Shown here: positions 1 through 9,186 of the stretch, piece by piece
Numbering within the stretch: the first letter of the stretch is position 1
Layout of the letters: each line of letters begins with the position of its first letter
Assembly (NCBI GenBank): GCA_963666735.1
Contig: OY762926.1
Coordinates: 2,272,001-2,336,000, forward strand
Length of the DNA stretch: 64,000 bases
Direction: 5' to 3'
DNA from: Gemmatimonadota bacterium
Lineage (GTDB): Bacteria; Gemmatimonadota; Gemmatimonadetes; Palauibacterales; Palauibacteraceae
Notes under the pieces: generated by a model
What the model saw: the letters and a program-made list of their open reading frames with translations, nothing else
Database searches by the model: none
What the model was told of the DNA's origin: nothing
Program-made: the position numbers and the translations under genes

Positions 1-687
1 CGGACCGCGCTCGAGGCGGGGGCGCGCGTGTGCATGATGACGGCCTACACCGACGCGATCATGACCAGCCCCGCCCTGCTCGAGACGGACTTCGAGGCGC
101 AGGCCGACGTCTGCCGGCGCCTGGGCGCGGCGTTCACGAGGGGGGAGTCGGTGCGCCTCACCTCCCCGCGCGGCACCGATCTTCGCTTCGGGATCGCGGG
201 TCGCGTCGCCAACGTGCTGACGAACATCCCGAACCCCGGAGAACTGGCCCCGGTCCCCGACATCGAGGTCAACGTCGTGCCCGTCACGGGTTCGGCCGCG
301 GGCACGCTGATCATGGACGCCTCGGTCCCCTATCTGGGCATCGGGATACTTGAGGAACCCATCGTCTGCGCGGTCCGCGACGGAGCGATCGTCGACATGA
401 CCGGCGGCGCGCAGGCCGACTTCCTCCGCAAGCGCCTGGAGTCTTTCGGAGACCCTCACTGCTTCAACGTGGCGGAACTGGGGGTCGGCCTGAACCCGAA
501 CGCCCGCCTCACCGGAGAGATGCTCGAGGACGAGGGCGTCATGGGCACGATCCACATCGGCATCGGAACCAGCTACACTCTCGGCGGCGAGATCGTGGCC
601 CCGATGCACTACGACCTGCTCATGTGGGCACCCACGATCGCCGTCGACGGCCGCATCGTGCAGCGAGACAGGCAGGTGTTGGTATGA
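1..687 (+). CDS. M29 (aminopeptidase T / thermophilic metalloprotease)-like protein, 5' end outside the window
   Basis: Motifs GTDL, P-x-x-E, AELGVGLNP, EDEGVMGTIHIGIG and HYD; paralogous to the next ORF. Confidence 0.8.
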   Translation, partial: RTALEAGARVCMMTAYTDAIMTSPALLETDFEAQADVCRRLGAAFTRGESVRLTSPRGTDLRFGIAGRVANVLTNIPNPGELAPVPDIEVNVVPVTGSAAGTLIMDASVPYLGIGILEEPIVCAVRDGAIVDMTGGAQADFLRKRLESFGDPHCFNVAELGVGLNPNARLTGEMLEDEGVMGTIHIGIGTSYTLGGEIVAPMHYDLLMWAPTIAVDGRIVQRDRQVLV

Positions 688-705
688 GACCCGGATGAGA
701 CGCCC

Positions 706-1686
706 ATGAGAGAGGGTGCGGAGATCCTCGTGCAGACGTGCGCAAGCGTTCAAGCGAGGGAGGACGTGGTCATCGTCACGGACCCCGAGAGGATGTCGAT
801 CGCCCGGGCCGTCGCCGATGCCGTACTCGAAGCCCGAGGCGTCCCGAGCATCGTGCTGCCGCCGGAGCGCTCAATCGACAACGAAGAGCCCGGAGCCGCG
901 GTGGCCGCGGCGCTCTCGGCCGCCGACGTCGTCTTTCTGCCCGTGACCCTGGCGCTGGCGCACACCCGCGCGGTCCGCGAGGCGATCGGCCACGGAGCCC
1001 GAGTTCTCTCGATGACCGCGTTCACCGGCCGGATGATGCGCAAAGGCGGGCTGTTCACGGACTTCCGCGCGCGCAAACCGCTATGCGACACCCTCGCGGC
1101 GAAGCTCACCGCCGGCGAACGCCTCCGCGTGACGAACCCCGCCGGGACCGATCTCACCATGAGCCTCGCGGGCGTGACCGGGAACAGCCACGCCTGCCTG
1201 CTGGACGGCCCCGGATTCTCCGCCGTCCCCAACATCGAAGCCAACTGCGCCCCCGCGCAGGGCACCGCCGAGGGCGTGTTCGTTTGCGACGGGAGCATCC
1301 CCTACTACGGTGTGGGACCTATCCGCGAACCCGTGACCTTCCGCATCTCGAAGGGCTTCGTGACCGACATCGAGGGCGGCGGCCAGGCCGAATTCCTCGC
1401 CGAGCTACTGGCCCGGCAGGATGACCCCTGGGTCTACAATCTGGCCCAGTTCGCCTTCGGCCTGAACCCCGCCTGCACCGAGTTCACGGGCGAGATGCTC
1501 AACGACGAGGGCGTGAACGGCACCGTCCACATCGGCATAGGCACCTCCGCCAACCTCGGCGGCAACGTGTCCGCCAAGACCCACTTCGACGCCGTCGCCC
1601 GCGCCCCAACCGTGTGGATCGACCAGGCAGTGGTACTCGCAAGGCGGCAGCTCCTGGATAGCGATTCACCCTTAGAGGACGGATGA
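706..1686 (+). CDS. M29 family aminopeptidase-like metalloprotein
   Basis: 326 aa; GTDL, PNIE, AQFAFGLNP, NDEGVNGTVHIGIG, HFD. Confidence 0.8.
   Translation: MREGAEILVQTCASVQAREDVVIVTDPERMSIARAVADAVLEARGVPSIVLPPERSIDNEEPGAAVAAALSAADVVFLPVTLALAHTRAVREAIGHGARVLSMTAFTGRMMRKGGLFTDFRARKPLCDTLAAKLTAGERLRVTNPAGTDLTMSLAGVTGNSHACLLDGPGFSAVPNIEANCAPAQGTAEGVFVCDGSIPYYGVGPIREPVTFRISKGFVTDIEGGGQAEFLAELLARQDDPWVYNLAQFAFGLNPACTEFTGEMLNDEGVNGTVHIGIGTSANLGGNVSAKTHFDAVARAPTVWIDQAVVLARRQLLDSDSPLEDG
1144..1623 (+). repeat. Direct repeat copy 1 (3' half of the aminopeptidase gene)
   Basis: Long near-identical stretches shared with 3253-3677, e.g. ggacggccccggattctccgccgtccccaacatcgaagccaactgcgcccccgcgcagggc. 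Confidence 0.95.
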
Positions 1687-1782
1687 CCACTCGGATTCTT
1701 CCCCAAGAGCGCGCGCCTTTCCGCGAGGTCTCAACCGTGCGATTGTATCCAGCTTCTGAGTAACTCTAACGCACCGGGCTGC

Positions 1783-2946
1783 ATGCGATACATCGGCAAC
1801 AAGACAAAGCTGCTGCGCTTCATTGCCTCCTACCTCGATGAGCTTGACTTCCAGGGCGGACGCGCACTCGATGCGTTCGCCGGGACCACCGCTGTGGCCC
1901 GGCTACTAAAGGCCCGTGGGTTTGCCGTCGAAACCTGCGACATCATGAATCTCAGCTACGTGTTCCAACGGGCTTATGTCGTCGCGGACGAACACCCACA
2001 GTTCCCCGGCCTCGCAGAGGACCCCGACCTCCGCACTGCCAGGCTCAATCCTGAGTTTCGAGCCCACGTTGAGACTCGTTTTGGAGGGCAGCGCGACCTT
2101 TTCGGGAGTCTTGCGGACCTACAGCCCTTGGAGGAGACCCTCGTTTATCTGGACACCTATCTCGAACCGTTATCGTCGTTCATCAACGGGAACTTCGCCG
2201 CTTCCGAGTCACCGGCCGAGGGTCAGCGCATGTACTTTTCGCGACGGAACGCCCAGCAGATCGACGCTATTCGACACAAGCTCCACGATTGGCGTTCCGG
2301 CGGCCTCGTCACGGATGACGAATTCTTCATCCTTCTCACCGCCTTACTGGAAGCGGCTGACTCTGTTGCGAACACGGCTGGCGTTTACGCCGCTTTTGTG
2401 AAGGCCTGGCAGAGCAATGCGATAAAGCCGCTTCGCCTCAACGCGCCCGATATCATGGTGGGAACGGGGCTGAAGTGCTCTGCACACCGTGGTGACGTCG
2501 TGGAGCTCGTAGGCGATCTTGGGCTTCTGGATCTACTCTATCTCGATCCACCATATAACACGAGACAGTACAGTGCATACTATCATGTCCCCGAGTTGAT
2601 CGCCGAAGGCTGGTTCGGCGCTGAACTGCCGACCCTTAGGGGCAAGACAGGATTGATCGAGGACTCGCACAAGAAGTCGGAGTGGTCAACGCGCGACGGC
2701 TGTGTTCCAGCTCTGGAGCAGCTTCTAGGGGCGGTCGACGCGACTCATGTGCTTATGAGCTACAACAACGAGGGCATCATCCCCGAAAAGGAGATCGAAA
2801 GGTGTTTCAGACATTATGGCGTTCCCTCAACGTATCGTCGAGTAGGGAAGGAATACAAGCGATATCGAGCCGATCGCGACAGTGAGACTCGCAAGTATTC
2901 CGGTGATCACGTGACTGAATTTCTCTACTACGTGAGATTGAGATAG
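1783..2946 (+). CDS. N6-adenine DNA methyltransferase (D12 class), orphan
   Basis: N-terminal MRYIGNK, SAM-binding DAFAGT, catalytic LYLDPPYN-x-RQY; visibly lower GC than flanks. Confidence 0.9.
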   Translation: MRYIGNKTKLLRFIASYLDELDFQGGRALDAFAGTTAVARLLKARGFAVETCDIMNLSYVFQRAYVVADEHPQFPGLAEDPDLRTARLNPEFRAHVETRFGGQRDLFGSLADLQPLEETLVYLDTYLEPLSSFINGNFAASESPAEGQRMYFSRRNAQQIDAIRHKLHDWRSGGLVTDDEFFILLTALLEAADSVANTAGVYAAFVKAWQSNAIKPLRLNAPDIMVGTGLKCSAHRGDVVELVGDLGLLDLLYLDPPYNTRQYSAYYHVPELIAEGWFGAELPTLRGKTGLIEDSHKKSEWSTRDGCVPALEQLLGAVDATHVLMSYNNEGIIPEKEIERCFRHYGVPSTYRRVGKEYKRYRADRDSETRKYSGDHVTEFLYYVRLR

Positions 2947-3252
2947 TACACAGCTGGTACGCCCTCCGTGGATGTTCCTATCATCACATGTTGATCCACC
3001 ACCACGACCCTCCCTTCGAGTTCGTACGGGACGAATTTGCGTTTCGCACCGCAGACGGAGGGATCGCGTTGAAGATAGTTCGGCGTTTGGAGCCTCATCT
3101 TGAGATCCATAGCTGAGCTAGCAATGGGGTGGGCGCGTGGGGGTCGGAGTGTACAAGGCTGCCACCCGACGCCGCCGATGTCAGCGCTTCAGCCTGCGGT
3201 TTTCCCCTCCTTCCCGGTTGATTTCTTCCAGATCCTTCCGACGCATCCCGTA

Positions 3253-3722
3253 GGCACCGATCTGGCCATGCGCCTACCAGGGTGTGACCGTGAACAGCCA
3301 AGCCTGCCTGTTGGACGGCCCCGGATTCTCCGCCGTCCCCAACATCGAAGCCAACTGCGCCCCCGCGCAGGGCGCCGCCGAAGGGGCGTTCGTCTGCGAC
3401 GGGAGCATCCCCTATTACGGGGGGAGGCGGTCCGCGAACCCGTGACCTTCCGCATCTCGAAGGGCTTCGTGACCGACATCGAGGGCGGCGACCAGGCCGA
3501 TTTCCTCGGCGAGCTACTGGCCCGGCAGGACGATAGTTGACGGGCGAGATGCTCAACGACGAGGGCGTGAACGGCACCGTCCACATCGGCATCGGCACCT
3601 TTGCCAACCTCGGCGGCAACGTGTTCGCCAAGACCCACTTCGACGCCGTCGCCCGCGCCCCAACCGTGTGGATCGACGAGGAGACCGTGCTCCGTGACGC
3701 GGAGATCCTCGTCAACCGCTGA
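3253..3722 (+). pseudogene. Degenerate duplicate of the aminopeptidase 3' half (direct repeat copy 2)
   Basis: Matches 1144-1623 with frameshifts and a ~55-bp deletion (equivalent to 1426-1480); ends WIDEETVLRDAEILVNR*. Confidence 0.9.
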
Positions 3723-3735
3723 ACCGATCCGTTGC

Positions 3736-4674
3736 TCACAAGTCCTGGACGATTTCCCGCATGCGGCGCTTCGTTGCGTCGTCCGGCAGGCGGCCGAAGG
3801 CGGTCCCGATGTTCTCCGCCATGTGGTTCGGGTTCGTCGTCTCCGTGAGAACGCAGGTCACGGCGGGATGGGCGAGGATGTACTTGAGCGAGAACTGCGC
3901 CCAGCTCTCGCAGTCGAACTCGGATGCCCATTCGGGCAACTCGCGTCCGCTTACGCGGCCGAAGTACGTGCCGTTCATGAACGGGCGGTTGATGAGGACG
4001 CCCAGCCCGAGGTCCTGGGCGAGCGGGAGGAGGCGGTCCTCCGCGTTCGGCTCCATCACCGAGTAGTTGACCTGCACGAAGTCGAGCGGCTCTGACCGCA
4101 CGAACGCCTCGAACGCGTCGTGCTGGCCGATGTTTGAGGTGGTGACGCCGATGTAGCGCGCCTCCCCCGAGTCCTTCCAGTGGCGCACGTTCGGCCAGTG
4201 CACGTCCAGATCGCGCATGCTCTCGACCTCGAGCAGATCCAGGGTGCGGCTGCCGACGAGCCGCTGGTTCTGCCGCATCTGTTCGATGCCCGACGCTTCC
4301 CCGTCCGTGTTGACCTTCGTCGCGACGAAGAGCCGGCCGCTGAACTCCGGCGCCGTCAGGACCTCGCCGAACTCCGCGTCGACTTCCGGCGTGCGCGGGG
4401 AGGTGTCGACGACCCGGCCTCCGTGCTCGAGGAGCACCCGGATCACACCGGCCACGGGCTCCGTCCCTTCGGTCGGGATCTCGAGCACGGGCTTCGAGGA
4501 GCCGAAACCGACGATGGGCAGCGCCTCCTCCGTTCCCGGTATCGAGCGCGCGGGGAGCATCTCCTGGGCCGACAGCGTCCGCCCCAGCAGCCGGGCCGGG
4601 GAGGCAAGCGCGGCGCCGAGGCCGGCCAAACTGAACAGAAAATCGCGGCGGGTCGTGTCACTCGGGGTCGCCAT
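3736..4674 (-). CDS. Aldo/keto reductase family protein with Tat signal
   Basis: TRRDFL signal; LPIVGFG, DTS, ATKV, RYIGVT, QVNYS, SWAQFSLKYIL. Confidence 0.88.
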   Translation of the reverse strand: MATPSDTTRRDFLFSLAGLGAALASPARLLGRTLSAQEMLPARSIPGTEEALPIVGFGSSKPVLEIPTEGTEPVAGVIRVLLEHGGRVVDTSPRTPEVDAEFGEVLTAPEFSGRLFVATKVNTDGEASGIEQMRQNQRLVGSRTLDLLEVESMRDLDVHWPNVRHWKDSGEARYIGVTTSNIGQHDAFEAFVRSEPLDFVQVNYSVMEPNAEDRLLPLAQDLGLGVLINRPFMNGTYFGRVSGRELPEWASEFDCESWAQFSLKYILAHPAVTCVLTETTNPNHMAENIGTAFGRLPDDATKRRMREIVQDL

Positions 4675-4686
4675 TGGAACCTTCCT

Positions 4687-4974
4687 TCACCGATTGCTCG
4701 GAGACGCCGTGATCAAAGGCCCCAGCGCCCCCACGGGGATCACGCTCACGCCATCCTCCCGGGTGTAACCATACCCGCTGCTCACGATCACGCCCAGCGC
4801 GGACGGTTCTCCCATGCGTTCCGGATCGACCCTTTCCGCCAACCGCAGCAGGTTGTCCGCAGCCTCATCCGCCCTTCCCTCGCCGAGCCTGACCTCGAAC
4901 GCGGCCCAGCGACCGTCGTTGCTCTGCACGACCGGGTCCACCTCCAGGCCGCTTTTCTCCCGGTAGTGGAACAC
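4687..4974 (-). pseudogene. C-terminal DUF4143 fragment of an AAA_14-family ATPase
   Basis: FHYREKSGLEVD..V...RWAAFEV.LG with no ATPase domain upstream. Confidence 0.75.
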
Positions 4975-5006
4975 TTCGGCGGTTTATCGGGACCTCAACA
5001 ACCTGA

Positions 5007-5033
5007 CAAATCTTACATTGCGCATTAGATTTG
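5007..5033. promoter_or_regulatory. Inverted repeat CAAATCT-N13-AGATTTG just upstream of the ATPase start
   Basis: Perfect 7-bp arms in an AT-rich patch abutting the ATG at 5035. Confidence 0.5.
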
Positions 5034-5034
5034 C

Positions 5035-6219
5035 ATGGTTATGCGGCGAATGATCCCACGCGAGAGCAAGTTGCGGGTAGAGCGCCTGCTGGCGCGGGCC
5101 CCGGCTGTTGTGCTAACCGGCCCGCGGCAGGCGGGCAAGACAACCCTGTCCCTCGATATCGCGCGCGAGCGGGGCGCCGTCTACCTCGACCTGGAGCGCC
5201 CCTCGGATCGGGCCAAGCTGGCCGATGTCGACGCGTACTGCCGCCGGAACGCCGAGCGGCTGGTCGTCTTCGACGAGATTCAGCGGGTACCGGGTCTCTT
5301 CGAACCGCTCCGCGGCGTCATCGACCGGCGGCGCCGGGACGGCCGCCGCACGGGTCACTTTCTCTTCCTCGGCTCGGCCTCCATTGACCTGCTCCGGCAG
5401 TCCGGCGAGACCCTTGCCGGCCGTGTGGCGTACTGCGAAATGACCTCGCTGAATGTGGGGGAGGTTGGGGCGGAGCGTCTCGATGACCTGTGGTCTCGCG
5501 GCGGGTTTCCGGACAGCCTGCAGGCGGGACGGGACGCGGACAGCTTCGAGTGGCGGCTCGATTTCATTCAGACCTATCTCGAGCGCGACATTCCGGCCCT
5601 GGGCCCGCGGATCCCGGGTGAGACGCTGCGGCGCTTCTGGACGATGCTCGCCCACAACCAGGGACAGACGTTCAATGCCGCCCGCCTGGCCAAGTCTCTG
5701 AGTCTCAGCGGCGTGACCGTCGCCCGCTACCTGGACCTGATGGTCGACCTGTTGCTGGTGAGGCGGCTGGTCTCATGGCGGGGGAATCCGGGCCGGCGAC
5801 TCGTGAAGGCGCCCAAGACGTACCTGCGGGACAGCGGAATCTGTCACGCTCTGCTCGGAATCGAATCGCTGGACTCTCTCCTGGGACATCCCGTGGCCGG
5901 GAGCAGCTGGGAAGGGTTGGTGATCGAGAACATCGCGAGCGCACTCCCGGCGCACGCCTCGCTCGGCTACTACCGGACCGTGGGCGGAGCGGAGGTCGAT
6001 CTCGTCATCGAGCTCGGTGCAGGTGAGATCTGGGCGGTGGAGATCAAGCGAAGTACCGCACCCAGGGTCTCGCGTGGTTTCCACAGCGCCTGTGAGGACC
6101 TGCGGCCGGACCGCAAGCTCGTCGTCTACCCCGGTCGCGAGAGGTTCTCTCTCGGCCGGGGCATCGAAGCTGTCCCGCTGAGCGAAGTCCGCACGGCATC
6201 AATACGGCGGCACGAATAA
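5035..6219 (+). CDS. AAA_14 ATPase with DUF4143 (PD-(D/E)xK-like) C-terminal domain
   Basis: Walker A GPRQAGKT, Walker B VVFDEIQ, LGSAS, ETLAGR, GGFP, EVDLV..AVEIK. Confidence 0.9.
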   Translation: MVMRRMIPRESKLRVERLLARAPAVVLTGPRQAGKTTLSLDIARERGAVYLDLERPSDRAKLADVDAYCRRNAERLVVFDEIQRVPGLFEPLRGVIDRRRRDGRRTGHFLFLGSASIDLLRQSGETLAGRVAYCEMTSLNVGEVGAERLDDLWSRGGFPDSLQAGRDADSFEWRLDFIQTYLERDIPALGPRIPGETLRRFWTMLAHNQGQTFNAARLAKSLSLSGVTVARYLDLMVDLLLVRRLVSWRGNPGRRLVKAPKTYLRDSGICHALLGIESLDSLLGHPVAGSSWEGLVIENIASALPAHASLGYYRTVGGAEVDLVIELGAGEIWAVEIKRSTAPRVSRGFHSACEDLRPDRKLVVYPGRERFSLGRGIEAVPLSEVRTASIRRHE

Positions 6220-6226
6220 CATATGT

Positions 6227-7117
6227 TCAACGATGTCCGGTGCATGAACGGGACAGCCATGCGGCGGCGTCCGCCAGGCCGCCGAAGGTGTACAGGTGAA
6301 TGTCGACGGCCGGCACCCTCTCGCGGACGCCCGGCGCCTCCCCACGGTCGGCCAGGTGCGCGGCCAGCTCGCGCGCGATCGGGGTCGGCGACCACCTGCC
6401 AGCCAACCGTGCGACCTCCGGCGTGCGCCTCAGCGCCCGCGCGGACGCCCCGACGCCGCAGTGGACCGCGTATCCGATCAGCGTGCGTAGCGCGACGGGC
6501 CCAGGCACCCCGATGCGAACCGGCAGCGTGCAACCGGCCTCCCTCGTCCGCGCCAGCCAGGCGAGAGCGGGGGCGGACGAAAACACGAACTGCGTCACCA
6601 CCCAGAGCTCCGAACCCGTCGCCCGGGCGTATTCCGTCTTGCGCCGAAGGGCTTCATCAAGATCGGCCGCGCCGACGAGGGGATGGCCCTCCGGATACGA
6701 CGTGACGCCAAGCCGCCGCAGACCGTGCTCGGCAAGCAGCCCGGAGTCGAGCAGGGCCGGCGTATCGGGGTACGGGCCGGCGGGCGCGGCGCGGTCTCCG
6801 GCCACCAGCATCAGGGAATCCACCCCTGTCTCCACCAGCGCGGACAGCCAGTCACCGAGCTCGTCGCGGCTCCGGATCGAACGCGCCGACAGGTGCGGCA
6901 CCGGCCTCATGTCCGCCGCCAGCACCCGTTCGCAGGCGGCGATCGTGTCGGGCCACCGGCCCTTCGACGGGAACGGCACATAGACGGCGGCACCGCGGGG
7001 CAGGTGGCCGGCGAGGACTTCCGGCGGCGGCACCCTTCGCGCCGGAACCTCCACGGAGGCACCGATGGCCAGGTCGCTGAGCGCGGCCCGAATCCGGGTC
7101 TCCGCGGGAGGCGGCAT
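6227..7117 (-). CDS. Methylenetetrahydrofolate reductase (MetF-like)
   Basis: PVPHLSAR, LVAGD, YPEGHP, VTQF, IGVPGP, IHLYTFGG. Confidence 0.8.
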   Translation of the reverse strand: MPPPAETRIRAALSDLAIGASVEVPARRVPPPEVLAGHLPRGAAVYVPFPSKGRWPDTIAACERVLAADMRPVPHLSARSIRSRDELGDWLSALVETGVDSLMLVAGDRAAPAGPYPDTPALLDSGLLAEHGLRRLGVTSYPEGHPLVGAADLDEALRRKTEYARATGSELWVVTQFVFSSAPALAWLARTREAGCTLPVRIGVPGPVALRTLIGYAVHCGVGASARALRRTPEVARLAGRWSPTPIARELAAHLADRGEAPGVRERVPAVDIHLYTFGGLADAAAWLSRSCTGHR

Positions 7118-7139
7118 CCGGTCGGACGCGGTTGGGCCC

Positions 7140-8255
7140 TCAGCTCCGGCCGGTGCGGCGCAGCACCCTGAGGTGGTTGCGCACGTTGTCGTGCTCGTAA
7201 TAGGCGTCCTGCAGGTGGCGACGCCCGTTCGACACCATCTCGGTGCGACCGTGGAGCACCCGGTGCCCGGCGCACAACAGGATCTGCCCGCCCTCCAGCC
7301 GGAAGGTCACCTGGGCGGCGGGGTCGTTGACGCGGCTCGACAGCTCGTGGTAGGCGGCGTAGAACTCGCCCAGTCGGGGCTCCGACAGGGGAACGGCCTG
7401 CATCTGCGCCGTGTTGAAGCGGATCATCCTGATCTCCCCGTCGCTGTCCAGGTCGACCATGGGGTTGGCCGCATAGCACTCGTATTCGTCACTGAAGATG
7501 CGGAACGGCACCCGAACCGAGCACAGCACGTCGAACTTCTTGGGGTGCTCGCGGCGCAGGGTCTCGAGCAGGCCGAACCCGTCCACCACGGTGGATTCGC
7601 CGCCGTCGCACTCGTTCACGAGCATGTGCAGCGCCTGCACGGTCGGGGGCCACGTGTAGCTGGTGAAGTCGTTGTGCGCTCGGACGGCCAGAGCCGTGTG
7701 CGCGATGTTGTATCCCTTCGGATCGAGCTTGACGTTGTGGATGCGCTCGAACAGCACCTCGCGGACCGGACCCAGGCGGGCGGCGAGTTCCTCCAGCGAG
7801 TCCGGTTCGGTGGGGGCGTCGACCAGGACGCAGACCCCCGTCCGCAGAAATTCCTCGATCACTGCCGCCGCCGCGCGGTCGTTCGCCAAGAACGGCCCGT
7901 AGTCGAACCTTTTCGGCTCGAACCCGCCGTCCCAGTACTGCAGGTCGGGACGAGGCGGGCTCAGGAGGCGGTGGATCTCGCTCGACCGGTAGCGGGTCCG
8001 GTGACCGTCCGGCCAGGCGATGGCGAGCGCCTCGTTCTCGGACCCGGCGCCCTCGATGTCGACCGTCGCCGGCTTCAGGTCGCTCGGGACCCGGAACAGG
8101 TGGAACCGCTTCTCCGTGGTCTGCTCGACGCAACACTCGCTGCAGCCGCAGTTGTCGCGCAGCCAGAGGTAGGGAAGATCGGTCCGTTCGCCGCCGCTCC
8201 AGATTGCCGTCAGGGCGTCCACATTCTCCGCGAGGCTGCTGATCGAGTGAGACAT
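7140..8255 (-). CDS. Gamma-butyrobetaine dioxygenase-like Fe(II)/2OG dioxygenase (TauD family)
   Basis: N-terminal WLRDNC-x-C-x-x-C zinc domain, HND, GGESTVVDG, RVLHGR, RHLQ; start MSHSIS follows a GAGGGGGG RBS. Confidence 0.88.
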   Translation of the reverse strand: MSHSISSLAENVDALTAIWSGGERTDLPYLWLRDNCGCSECCVEQTTEKRFHLFRVPSDLKPATVDIEGAGSENEALAIAWPDGHRTRYRSSEIHRLLSPPRPDLQYWDGGFEPKRFDYGPFLANDRAAAAVIEEFLRTGVCVLVDAPTEPDSLEELAARLGPVREVLFERIHNVKLDPKGYNIAHTALAVRAHNDFTSYTWPPTVQALHMLVNECDGGESTVVDGFGLLETLRREHPKKFDVLCSVRVPFRIFSDEYECYAANPMVDLDSDGEIRMIRFNTAQMQAVPLSEPRLGEFYAAYHELSSRVNDPAAQVTFRLEGGQILLCAGHRVLHGRTEMVSNGRRHLQDAYYEHDNVRNHLRVLRRTGRS

Positions 8256-8393
8256 GGTCGATCCCCCCTCCGTTGTGACGGGCTGACAGCGAACCTTACC
8301 GGGTATCGAGCCCTCTTGACAATGCCCGCCGGCGCTGCCGACGCTGCCCTGCGAGGAATCGCCCGAAGAACACTCACCGGGAGAGTGACCGGC

Positions 8394-9002
8394 ATGCCCC
8401 GTACGGCGACGACGAACGGAAAGTCGAGCGGTCCCGTGGTGAGCTTCACCCGCATGGAGGACGGCACCCGCGAGGACTACGAAATGCTTGCGGACCTCGA
8501 GGAGGAGTTCGCGGCCGGCGCCGCGGAACGGGTGCTGGCGCACCTCCGCCAGCTGTCCGGTTCCATGGGCGGCTACAAGGTCGACCGGCTGGAGCATTCC
8601 CTGCAGAGCGCGACCCGCGCCCACCGGGACGGCGCGGAAGAGGAAGTGGTCGTAGCCGCACTCCTGCATGACATCGACGACCTGCTCGCCCCGCACAGCC
8701 ACGGCGAGCTGGCCGCGCTCCTGCTGCGCCCCTTCGTGACCGAACGCACGCACTGGATCGTCCGGCATCACGGTCTGTTCCAGCGCGTCTACTACGCCCA
8801 CCACGTGGGGGGCGACCCCAACGCGCGCGACAGGTACCGCGACCATCCCTGGTACCAGGATGCCGTGGATTTCTGCCACCGCTGGGACCAGTGCTCGTTC
8901 GATCCCGACTACGACTCGCTGCCGATCGAGTTCTTCGAGCCGATGGTCCGCCGGGTGTTCGCGCGCGAGCCGTTCAGCCTCGCCCCGCGGGGGTACGCGT
9001 GA
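8394..9002 (+). CDS. HD-domain metalloenzyme (PhnZ/TmpB-related)
   Basis: RLEHSLQSATRA, AALLHDI, H..H, VRHH, WDQ; start uncertain. Confidence 0.82.
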   Translation: MPRTATTNGKSSGPVVSFTRMEDGTREDYEMLADLEEEFAAGAAERVLAHLRQLSGSMGGYKVDRLEHSLQSATRAHRDGAEEEVVVAALLHDIDDLLAPHSHGELAALLLRPFVTERTHWIVRHHGLFQRVYYAHHVGGDPNARDRYRDHPWYQDAVDFCHRWDQCSFDPDYDSLPIEFFEPMVRRVFAREPFSLAPRGYA

Positions 9003-9186
9003 TCCGGTATTCGCGACGCGTCCGGAAGCTGCGGCTTGTGCGGGCGGAGGGGTAGCGGCGCTGGTCGCGAGACTCCTCTCCGGCGGCCATCCCCTTCATC
9101 GTCGGTCTGTTCATTTCCCGCCAACGCCTCGACGACAAGTTCATCTGGGCGAACGGCGAATCATCCACGAGGAGGCGGTGAGAGAG

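Noticed and set aside
7065..9002. Long ORF-track calls 7065-9002 (+, 645 aa) and 7140-8879 (-, 579 aa)
   Set aside because: Each is a real gene extended by the antisense frame of its divergent neighbour; not fusions
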